A stretch of 54,311 bases of DNA, from the IMG/VR virus record IMGVR_UViG_3300014501_000541, positions 1 to 54,311 of that record; one strand, given 5' to 3'. Of this stretch, positions 18,134 through 27,200 are shown in pieces. Position numbers and translations under genes: made by a program. Source of the stretch: a virus. Lineage: Duplodnaviria; Caudoviricetes. The notes below the pieces were generated by a model. The model was not told the origin of the DNA and made no database searches. It was given only the letters and a program-made list of their open reading frames with translations. Each line of letters begins with the position of its first letter. Positions within the stretch are counted from its first letter, which is position 1.

Positions 18134-18505
18134 TGCGGTGAATTCTTTGAGGTAGGGGAGCCGAGATGATTAGTTTATTTTGACTTCTTACCGGACAACT
18201 TTTCCGTTGTCTCGCTGCCTTGCGACCGTGCTTCTCTCAACTTTTCTAGGAACTCCCAAGTTTCCCGATATTCTGATTCCCAGATAAGCGGTGTAGAGGG
18301 ATCGTTGAATGGTTCCCATAGGAATTGGCGAACTAAACTCTTGACCGCCACTTCCTGCTTTTCGGAGAATCCTAACGACTCGACTAGGGCTAACATTTTT
18401 CCTTCAACCTGTTTGATGTCGTGATTCTGCACGACGTACTGACAACTCATTTCGTTGCTCATTTTTGACTTGACTCGACATCCCCTATTTCAAAGAACTA
18501 CCGCA
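18134..18505 (-). repeat. Imperfect ~30-bp inverted repeat (cassette D stem)
   Basis: TGCGGTAGTTCTTTGAAATAGGGGATGTCGAG pairs with CTCGGCTCCCCTACCTCAAAGAATTCACCGCA. Confidence 0.8.
18175..18462 (-). CDS. Hypothetical protein enclosed by long-range inverted repeat
   Basis: 95-aa ATG ORF between arms 18134-18165 and 18474-18505. Confidence 0.7.
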   Translation of the reverse strand: MSNEMSCQYVVQNHDIKQVEGKMLALVESLGFSEKQEVAVKSLVRQFLWEPFNDPSTPLIWESEYRETWEFLEKLREARSQGSETTEKLSGKKSK

Positions 18506-18569
18506 TCGAGGTTTTCCCTCGCTTCTTGGCTCTTACCTCACCGGAAGAGCCAAGGGACGAAGGTTCGAA

Positions 18570-19028
18570 CTAGGTGTTCGAAGTTGCCGAATCGACGGGT
18601 TTCTGCTGTGCAGGTCCGCCAAGGATGATTTCGGCAAAGCCGAGAATCGCAGGCGAGCTGCCGCCGGTGAATGACGGGGTAATGACCGCCCGAAGGTACT
18701 GGTGCCTATTAAGGTTGAGGCCTTCGATGCGGGCGACGTTCTCCGCTGCTGCAGACTCGCAGTTCAACGTGAACCCGATCACCGTGCCGGTGTTATCGAG
18801 TGCGTTCGTCCAACCGCTGGTACCCGTGGTGCTCTCTTGGAGCGTGACGACGAGCGTTGCGGCCGACGGGCTGCCGGATGTGGCCGCTCCGTAGGCATGG
18901 ATCGCAGCGTCGGTGTAACCCGACGTATTGATCGAGGAGCCGTCCACAGCGGTTGAGCCGCTGAACGACTGCGGGGCGAGGCTTACGCCTCCGACGATGA
19001 GGACATCATCATAAATACTTCCGCGCAT
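18570..19028 (-). CDS. Head decoration/cement protein
   Basis: Follows capsid; V.LQES, YLRAV motifs. Confidence 0.7.
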   Translation of the reverse strand: MRGSIYDDVLIVGGVSLAPQSFSGSTAVDGSSINTSGYTDAAIHAYGAATSGSPSAATLVVTLQESTTGTSGWTNALDNTGTVIGFTLNCESAAAENVARIEGLNLNRHQYLRAVITPSFTGGSSPAILGFAEIILGGPAQQKPVDSATSNT

Positions 19029-19188
19029 TTGTTTGGTGTTGGCCCCTGCCTTCCTTCGACTTTAATCGGAAGGGAAGAACTTCGAAAAAGGATTTTGTCC
19101 CCTTTCGAAGTTCAGCGGGCGGTTTATGTTCATCCGTCCCGGCTCACGTTAGGAATTCACGTAAGCCGGGCGCGAATGAGAAACAAGA

Positions 19189-20418
19189 CTACGAAGCTGA
19201 GGTCGAAACGACGCAGAACGCCTTGGGAAGGACGACTACGAGGGCATGACGATGCTTGTAGACGATTCCGCTCTGATCCGAGAGGGACAATTCCTTGCCT
19301 CCCCAGGTACCAGATTGGAAGTTGCCTACGCGCATATCGCCCTTGTCGCCGAACGCCATAGCTTTCATGTTGCCGAAGATCATGAACGCGGTGCTCGCGT
19401 TCGTGGTGCCGACCGTGTATGACGGGAGCCAGCGGTTCGTATAAACCGGGAAGCCCATCATATTGCCTGCAGCGCGGATCGGGCCGCCAAGCGGGTCTTT
19501 TTCAAGCCCCGACTGGTTGGCTGCGAATGCGCCGAAGAACAAGAACGGAAGGCCGGAGGTCGAAGCTTCCTTCTGAGCGATTGCCGCCCAGACGGTACGA
19601 TGCATGTACCACGCGCAGCCGTCGAGGACTGATTCCTCGATTTGGGCCACAACGTTCGAAGCATCGACAACGGGGTCGAACTTACTGTAGTTCGTGCCGC
19701 CGGTTGCGAGCGTGTACGCGTTCGTGCCGGTGACCTGCAGGATGCCTTGGAACGGACCCGGATAACCGGATGTGCCGCCCACAAAGCCCTGTTGGTCGAT
19801 CATGTTCGCGAGCGCCTCACCTGCCATCGCAAGAAGCCATTCGCCAAGCTGCACGGAGGCATCGGCCAAAAGGTCGTTGCCAACGGTGAAGGCGAGCTGC
19901 CACTTACGCGCAATGAGGACGGCCTGCCCGAAGGTAAGTCCGGTGACCGTGCTTGCGATATCGACACCGACGTATGCGCCCGTAAGGAATGAACCCGTGT
20001 AATTCGGGATGCCGAGTTCGTCAGTCTTCATCGGCCACTTCTGCGTTTGGCGCATGATGGTTCCGACGGAGGCTGCGATACGCAAGATCGCCGCTGCGAC
20101 TTCCGGTTGGACCAGATAGCCGCCACGGTTGTCCTGCTCTTCGATGAGCGCTTCGTTGGCTTTTGTGACGCGGACGGCCTTGTTCTCATGCCCTTTGAAG
20201 GCTGAGATGACCTGCGCCGCAAAATCCTTCTTCTGATCGCCGGTGAGTCCGGTGAGGTCGATGCCTTTTACGGCCCGCTCCACCATCATCTCTTCGACGA
20301 CCTGACGCGACGTTCTCTTGGAGATCTCCTCCATGTTGGAGAGGGATTTCTCCATAACGTCGTTAAAATTCTTAGTTACGGTGTCAGACACCGCAGCCAA
20401 GATTTCATCTTTGTTCAC
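19189..20418 (-). CDS. Major capsid protein (HK97 fold)
   Basis: GGYLVQPE, ELLADAS-like, G.PV, FGN motifs. Confidence 0.93.
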   Translation of the reverse strand: MNKDEILAAVSDTVTKNFNDVMEKSLSNMEEISKRTSRQVVEEMMVERAVKGIDLTGLTGDQKKDFAAQVISAFKGHENKAVRVTKANEALIEEQDNRGGYLVQPEVAAAILRIAASVGTIMRQTQKWPMKTDELGIPNYTGSFLTGAYVGVDIASTVTGLTFGQAVLIARKWQLAFTVGNDLLADASVQLGEWLLAMAGEALANMIDQQGFVGGTSGYPGPFQGILQVTGTNAYTLATGGTNYSKFDPVVDASNVVAQIEESVLDGCAWYMHRTVWAAIAQKEASTSGLPFLFFGAFAANQSGLEKDPLGGPIRAAGNMMGFPVYTNRWLPSYTVGTTNASTAFMIFGNMKAMAFGDKGDMRVGNFQSGTWGGKELSLSDQSGIVYKHRHALVVVLPKAFCVVSTSAS

Positions 20419-20439
20419 TGAAATTTGTGTGGGATAGAT

Positions 20440-22008
20440 CTATCTGCCGCGCTGAGTTCGCTCCTTAATTTTTGAGTTATATTGTCGGAGCCCTTCAGTG
20501 ATGGCAGAATCAATCTGCCTCATAAGCCGCTGTCCGAATAGATAGGCATCCAATGCGTCGGATGTTTTATCCTTTCGCGCCTGCTCCTGAGGTGCTCGAC
20601 CTTGGTTCGGGGCCTCGCCGGACTTTTCTTCCGGCTTAGGTTCCTCCCCTTCGTCGCCCTGCGGAGCGATAAGCTCCTTCAAGGCCGCGATTACATTGTC
20701 AGTAGATTTCCCGTGCTCCGAATGATGATCTTCAAGCGCTTTGATGGCTGATTCGATTTTCGCTTTATTCTTCGCAGAGATGACGCGGCCGGATTTCTGA
20801 ATTTCTTCCGCAATCGCTTTCTCATCTTTGCCATCATCGTCGCCTTCTTCGCCCATCTGTTCTTTCAAGATTTCGCTATGGGCTTTCTCATGGCGGTCAA
20901 GCTCATCGGCTGATTTCTTTTCGAATTCATCGATAGCTTTTTTTCCGGCTTCGGCTTCGCCGTTCGGCGGAAAATCTTTCGTAAACTCGTCGATCGCCTT
21001 ATCGAAGCATTTGACGTGCTTCAAGTGCTCGGCTTTGATCTCTGATTTGAACTCGTCGATAGTCTTGTTCTCTTCGCGGCCCATTGTCTCGTAATAGTCG
21101 TCGATGGCTTTCATGCACTTTTCAAGATGCGTACCGTGCTCACTGTCGAGGGCATCTTTGAATTCCTCGATGGCCTTATCGGTTTCGGAATTATCAGAAC
21201 CGTCGTCCTGGTTTTCTTTCGCGGACTTTTCGGCCAAGCATTTTGTGCCGAATTCGTCGATGGCTTTTCCGACCGCTGCTCCGTGCCGGTCGTTCTCTGC
21301 TTTAAATTGTTTGGGGAGGTCTGATTTCATGGTTTCGGATGATTGTGATTTGTCTCTTTCGGGTACGCACACGAGTTCGCCGGGATTCTTACTATCTTCT
21401 GCCAGGACTCCCGGTGTGCCGTCGTCGAGCTGGCAGGAATCGCCAATCTGCGGCGATTTTTCTTTCTTCTCTTCATAGAAAAAGCCCTTGGAAATAAGTT
21501 CCTGCGTGGAAACCTGCAAGCGCCCGATCTGGCGCAATGAGAGTGCATAACGTCCGGCGGGAACCGGGCAGAAGCTCACTTCCAAAAGCTCACGGGTGCC
21601 GTCATCGTTCTGAATGTAGCCCGGGGAAACGGCGCGGAGTATTTTCTCCTGGTAAAGAGAACAGGCGAGGTCGGCTTCGGGATTTAAACCCTGTGGGGCG
21701 AATTTGCCCGTAGCCACGGCTTCATTTCCCTGGATCTTGATGTCGTCGATGATGCCGATGGGAAAGCCGGAATAGTTATGCGCCCACAGAACGACGGGGT
21801 TCATTTCGTAGTACTTCAGGTCCCACTTGGACTGGTCGAGGGCATCGCCCTGGCGGTCCTCATCGGACGTGCTGAAAACTACCTCAAACGTCCGGTCATC
21901 GCCGGACGTTTTCGTCTGCTTAATGAACTCCGCCGTTTGTTCAGACGCTAATTTTCCTTTGAGGTCGGCGGCGAGTTGTTCTGTGAATTGCTTAAGTGGT
22001 TCGTTCAT
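20440..22008 (-). CDS. HK97 prohead protease with long scaffold-like C-terminus
   Basis: STSDEDRQGD, NPVVLWAHN, LLEVSFCPVPA; GRVISAKN. Confidence 0.88.
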   Translation of the reverse strand: MNEPLKQFTEQLAADLKGKLASEQTAEFIKQTKTSGDDRTFEVVFSTSDEDRQGDALDQSKWDLKYYEMNPVVLWAHNYSGFPIGIIDDIKIQGNEAVATGKFAPQGLNPEADLACSLYQEKILRAVSPGYIQNDDGTRELLEVSFCPVPAGRYALSLRQIGRLQVSTQELISKGFFYEEKKEKSPQIGDSCQLDDGTPGVLAEDSKNPGELVCVPERDKSQSSETMKSDLPKQFKAENDRHGAAVGKAIDEFGTKCLAEKSAKENQDDGSDNSETDKAIEEFKDALDSEHGTHLEKCMKAIDDYYETMGREENKTIDEFKSEIKAEHLKHVKCFDKAIDEFTKDFPPNGEAEAGKKAIDEFEKKSADELDRHEKAHSEILKEQMGEEGDDDGKDEKAIAEEIQKSGRVISAKNKAKIESAIKALEDHHSEHGKSTDNVIAALKELIAPQGDEGEEPKPEEKSGEAPNQGRAPQEQARKDKTSDALDAYLFGQRLMRQIDSAITEGLRQYNSKIKERTQRGR

Positions 22009-22033
22009 TGCCTCCGTGGGGTGGAGAGGACTT

Positions 22034-22570
22034 TTAGTAAGGAAGCTGGTCGAAGGTGAGACGCAAGAGCGTCGAAGTCGGAACCGCAAGGTTCGCGCCG
22101 GTAAGATTCGAGTACGCTACGATTGCCGTTCCCGTCACGCCGTTCGTCGAGGAGAGCTGGCAGCCGGATACAAAGACCGTGGTCGTCGCCGCACCGCCGC
22201 TGCAGATAGCGCCGATCGAAAGGCCTGCCGTGTTCGCAAGCGTGATGGATGTCGTCGCTGAGGAAGTCGTGACGCCAAAGGGACCAAGCGTCACTACAGA
22301 AGAGGGCGTGCCGGATGCGGTCACATACTCCGTTTGCTCGTTGTACTGGCTCGTACCTCCGAGCCAAAGACCATTGGATGTTTGCAAACCGAGTGAGCCG
22401 ACCGGGGATACATAGCCTCCTGCCACGTTTCCGGTGAGAAGCTGGCTCGGGGTGATACCGCCGGGGAAATCGCCGCCAAGCTGGGGCGCTTCCGCTAACT
22501 TGATTGCTACGAAGACTGCGATCAACACTCCGACCAAGACCACTGCACCTACTTTCAGATATTCTTTCAT
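22034..22570 (-). CDS. N-terminally anchored/exported T/S/G-rich protein
   Basis: Hydrophobic N-terminus then ..QLGG; beta-rich body. Confidence 0.7.
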   Translation of the reverse strand: MKEYLKVGAVVLVGVLIAVFVAIKLAEAPQLGGDFPGGITPSQLLTGNVAGGYVSPVGSLGLQTSNGLWLGGTSQYNEQTEYVTASGTPSSVVTLGPFGVTTSSATTSITLANTAGLSIGAICSGGAATTTVFVSGCQLSSTNGVTGTAIVAYSNLTGANLAVPTSTLLRLTFDQLPY

Positions 22571-22666
22571 GTATTTGGTGATTAATTTGTTTATGCTTTA
22601 ACTATAGCATCGACCTTTTTGGTAACAAGGTGGGGATAACTCGTGGAATAGCTTGGCATTTCATGG

Positions 22667-23008
22667 CTAGTTGTTCACTCGGGGCAAGGCGGGTTTCACG
22701 ATGAGCTGGGGACCTATCCAGCTCAAGGTTTCGGTGGAAGACCAAACGGCCACGACCATCGTGTTGAAGGTGCCGGGATTGGGGAAATCGCCGCTCGCTA
22801 CGGTGTAGTGGCAGGTTCCTGCGGTAACGCTGTCAATCGTCATGGAGCCGGATATGGTGAGGTCGGTATCGGACGCATCTTGCGCCGATTGAACCTTGAA
22901 CGTGAGCGATGCGCTCGTGAGATTTACCGCATCGCCGTTGCCGTCCTGAAGCGTAAAGGGAATCTGATACCCGAAGTCGCCCTGGGTGATTTCTTGCGGC
23001 TGGATCAT
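22667..23008 (-). CDS. BppU N-terminal-like virion protein
   Basis: ITQGD..IPFTLQD..G.AVNLT, G.C.Y....GDF. Confidence 0.65.
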   Translation of the reverse strand: MIQPQEITQGDFGYQIPFTLQDGNGDAVNLTSASLTFKVQSAQDASDTDLTISGSMTIDSVTAGTCHYTVASGDFPNPGTFNTMVVAVWSSTETLSWIGPQLIVKPALPRVNN

Positions 23009-23259
23009 AGTTCGAGGGAATTGTTGTTCGTCGCGGGGTTCGTGAGGGTGGTTTGTCTAAAGCGTAGCATGAGGCTATTTACGATTCCATAGGTGCTTGT
23101 GAGTACGGCGGTTCTCACGCCCGTCGCGAGCGTATTCATAACCCCATAGCCGTTTTGCAAGATGCGGTTTGCGAGATCGACGATCGGCCCGGCGATGATT
23201 GCTCCAAAGGGCCGCCGCGACGCATAGCTATTGGTTCCGTATCCTGAAAATCCGTACAT
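23005..23259 (-). CDS. Small virion-associated hypothetical protein
   Basis: MYGFSGYG start; fills gap between coupled genes. Confidence 0.5.
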   Translation of the reverse strand: MYGFSGYGTNSYASRRPFGAIIAGPIVDLANRILQNGYGVMNTLATGVRTAVLTSTYGIVNSLMLRFRQTTLTNPATNNNSLEL

Positions 23260-23263
23260 TCGG

Positions 23264-24265
23264 TTATAAGAAGATGCACCTATCAGCGACGACGTTTTGC
23301 GCGATGACACCGCAGGTATACACGGGGACGGTAAGAGACGCGGTCGATGTTCCGAGCGCATTCTGTGAAGTAAGGGTGAAGGTCTGTGTGGCAGATAGAG
23401 ATATGCTCGTGCTCGCGGTACCCGTCGCAACCGAGCCGACCCCGCTTATCGTGTCCGATGAATCCCCCGTCACGTTCCATGAAAGTTTTACGCTGCCGCC
23501 GAAGCAGAGAAACGAGGACGGCGTTGCGGTGAAGGAGTTGATGACGGGCACGGCGGGCGCCGCTTCAAAGCCAACGATACCCGCATAGTGGTTACAGGTT
23601 CCGCTGTCGGTTCCCGTGTCTTGAACATTCGTCTGAATAGTTGAAACGACTTGGTAGCTGTACATCGTTCCCCCTCCGTTTGCGCCATCCCAACCGCTCG
23701 CGGGATTGAACGTATAGCCGTTTGTCCAGGAACCGCTTGGGACGACGGCGCAATTCACGCCGTTGTAAATGCCGTACACATCTCCCACGATAAGTTCGGT
23801 TGCTTGTGATGTCGTGATGGGACTCGAAGCCCAGGGCGTTGAGGATGGCCCCGTAGGGCTGGAAGCGGTGTCGAGGGGACTGGTGGCGATGCCTGTCCAA
23901 TGCGTTGCGGTCACAGCTCCAAGATGCGCCGTTGTTTCTTTCACATTGACACTGGTAATTCCTGATGGCGCGTTGGCGAGATACCATAGTTCCATGAACT
24001 GTGAGCCGGTAATTCTGGTCGTGTATTCGTTCACATACGTATCGTTCAGGTTGTCGGTGACGGTTGAAGAATTGGAACCTGCGTCTGCAACAAAAACGAG
24101 AACCAATTCCCCCGACGTTGTTGGCGTATGAAAAGTCGAGGTGGAGTTTCCGTTATTGGCGTTCGCGAGAGTAGTCGTAGCGACTTCGATCTGGGTAGGC
24201 ATTGCATAGGCTGGCAACGCAAAGAAGAATGAAAGCCCTATAAGGATGAGGAGGTACTTTTTCAT
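23264..24265 (-). CDS. Exported beta-rich protein
   Basis: Sec signal MKKYLLILIGLSFFFALPAYA; C-terminal Ig-like PVINSF.ATP..LSW. Confidence 0.75.
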   Translation of the reverse strand: MKKYLLILIGLSFFFALPAYAMPTQIEVATTTLANANNGNSTSTFHTPTTSGELVLVFVADAGSNSSTVTDNLNDTYVNEYTTRITGSQFMELWYLANAPSGITSVNVKETTAHLGAVTATHWTGIATSPLDTASSPTGPSSTPWASSPITTSQATELIVGDVYGIYNGVNCAVVPSGSWTNGYTFNPASGWDGANGGGTMYSYQVVSTIQTNVQDTGTDSGTCNHYAGIVGFEAAPAVPVINSFTATPSSFLCFGGSVKLSWNVTGDSSDTISGVGSVATGTASTSISLSATQTFTLTSQNALGTSTASLTVPVYTCGVIAQNVVADRCIFL

Positions 24266-27200
24266 TATGGGGTCAGTAAGAATGTCGCCACGGTTGAGGT
24301 GATGGAGTTGCTTGCTTGTGCCGACGCTGTGCCGTACCAGAAATCAATAGAGTTATTGATGGTCGTGTTAATGGTTTGCGCGGCATAAACCGATGAGGGG
24401 AAAACCCACGAGTCTTGCGTTCCGACCGTGCTCGTAAAGTACTTGATATCACACGCTGGATAGAACGTGCCGTTGGTTCCCACGGTTGCGATGGTCGCAT
24501 AACATTGGGCGCTAATCGTTCCCGTAGAACTCACGAGAGGAGCCTCGGCATTGGTAGCAAAGGTAAGACCAGCGAACTTGAAATACCACGTGATGTTATC
24601 GGCCGTACCCGGTTTTGCATAAATCCCTTGAAGGTTCATGGAAATCTCGGAACCTGGATTCAGGGTATTCGCGGGTATGGTTGTCGTGCCTACTCCTGCG
24701 CCGATAAGACTGCTGGAAGCAGAAGCGTCGTTGATATTTACGGGCGTTGTCATGTTGAAGAATGAACCGCCAAAGTTGAGATTGAAAGTACCGCCGTTCG
24801 GATAGACATCGACTTGACCCGTCGAAGCGACGGTAAGGAGAGGGCTTCCTGAAGCATTTTCGGTGATGAGAGGAAATTGTGGAACGGTTGAAGTAGAACC
24901 TACCGTCACCGTGTTTCCTGAAACCGTAATCGGGGCATTCGTAATAGAGTTGGTACCGGAGAACATGGATACGGTGCCGGAGGTCACGGGCGTTGTCGAA
25001 GAAACCCCGCTGCCTCCACCTCCTCCGCCTGATCCGCACGGCAAGCCTGCGTCGGTTAACGTATTTGCATCAGACCATTTCGCGCAGTCATTCGGAACGC
25101 CATTCCCGCCGCCTAACGCTATGACGCCGGTTTCATTTGGTACGGTGGTTGTTACGTTCCCTGTTAGCTGGGAAGTGTCAAAACTATCAAACGGCCCGCT
25201 CCCGCCATTCACGCTATCGAAGAAAATGCCATTCGTATCAGCGCCGCTTCCCTCGCCCGATGCACCATCGCCAATCAGAATAGAACCTCCCGTGCCGGTG
25301 TCGAAGCCGAGCTGTATGCCATAAGGTTCGAGTATCCAAAATGGTTCACCGCCCACGTTGTTGTCTTCAGCGGTCATGTAGCCGGTGGTGGCTAAAATGT
25401 ACGTGCTCGTATTTTCGAGGGCGACGACGCCTTTCGATGCCCCTTTCCCTACATACAAACCTGTTCCAAAGCTTCCAATCGGAACCCATTGCAACGTATC
25501 GCTCGCAGACAACGAACTGCTCGTATTGAAAAGGGCTATATCGGTTGACGTTCCCGAGCCGGAGATACCACCCCCACCACCGCATGAGCCGGCCGATGCT
25601 GCGTTCACGATGCCAGAGGAAGCGAGCGTTATCGTAGCGCACGGATAGGTTCCCGATGCGACGCCGGAATTGATAAGGAAAAGCGTGGTCGATGTTCCGG
25701 TGGTGGTTGAGGTCTCGTTGCCAGATCCGTTGATGGTGAACCCCGTGCCCGATGTCCCGTTTATTTTTGTCGAAGTCGCATAGGGGTTGCCACTCACATC
25801 TACCGCATTGCCGAGATGCCATGCGCCGCTTTGGTAATAGAACGTGCCGGTCGTGACGGCGGGAAGCGACTTGCCCTCAAGCCCTTGTACGGTGCTCGTG
25901 ACGTTGATGGAGGTCGTGCCGGTCGCGGTGCCGGTCGCATCTTGGGAAAGCGATAAGGTAATTAATTGGTTCGCCGCCAAACAGCTCACCGTGAGAGAAA
26001 CGGTGCCAGTCGAGTTCGCAGCGCTCACGCACCCATTGCCGGCAAAAGACGTGACGCCGGTGTTTTGTATGGATATGGAGTTCGAACTCGTCGTGACAGC
26101 GATGCCTGAGGATGCGTTCGCGGTCGTGAAACCGGAACCGCCGGACGGAGTGCTCGTTGCTATAAGATTTCCTGAACCGTCGGTCGCCACAAATGAATTG
26201 GGCGTAATGGTGGTGTTGATGGTTCCCTTGAAGGTAGACGTTTGGTTGACCGTAAGCGTGGTTGAAGCAGTCGCGGCCGTTGCGAATGTAATGCCGATAC
26301 CTGAGCCAGAATTGCCGATCGTCGTCGAACCATTCTGCACCGCTCGAAGGACATCGCCGCCATTGTTTGCGTCCGCAATGTGAAAAGTATTTGATCCGTC
26401 GTTCAGCATGCCGAATTCCCACTCATCGGTGCCAGCGGTCGAAAATACTTGCGTTCCATAATTTCCCGTGCCACCGCGACTGATACGCATGGTGCAGGTG
26501 CCAGGACAAGCGACATAGAAATTGCCATTTTGGGTTGAGGTTCCGATAGAGAAGTTACCGAGGACATTGGCATTTGATGACACGCTTTCGGTGCCCGTGA
26601 TTGTCGTATTGCCCGTAAGAGTGAAGGTAGCGCCAAGCCACGTTCCGGTCGCGTTCACGGGCGTTATTTGGAACAAAAGATGATGCTGGATGGTCGTGCC
26701 TGCGCCTTCATTCGACATCTCGATAACATAGGGATAGAGAAAAGCGTCCGCTGTGCTTGATGCCCCAGTCGCCGTTTCGAACCATCCCGTGCCGTTGAAT
26801 CCTGGATAGCTCTCTTGGTTCAGATCGTCAAACGTCCGAGTGCCATCGGGATAGAGCGTGCTCATAGACCAGTCGCACTCGGACTGGTTGCTCGTGCTTG
26901 CGTTGTTCGGACAGTTTTGTTCGACGATATTGAATTCCTGCGTTGTGCTCGCGCCGGAGCCTGGCGTGTTGCCGATGATGGGGCCGATATCCAGAAATCC
27001 ATTTGCATCAACCGAAACCGGATAGACGATAGTTCCCGATGGCGTGACGTTCATGAGCGCCAAGGTGCTCGATACCGTTTCGTTTGTGGTAGTCACATTG
27101 CCAGTATTCGTGATACCTCCGGGGCCGGCGACAACCGTGGACGTTGCCGAGAGCTGGTTACTGCCACTCCAGAATGGGAAATCGTTGGTGACGGTCGTAG

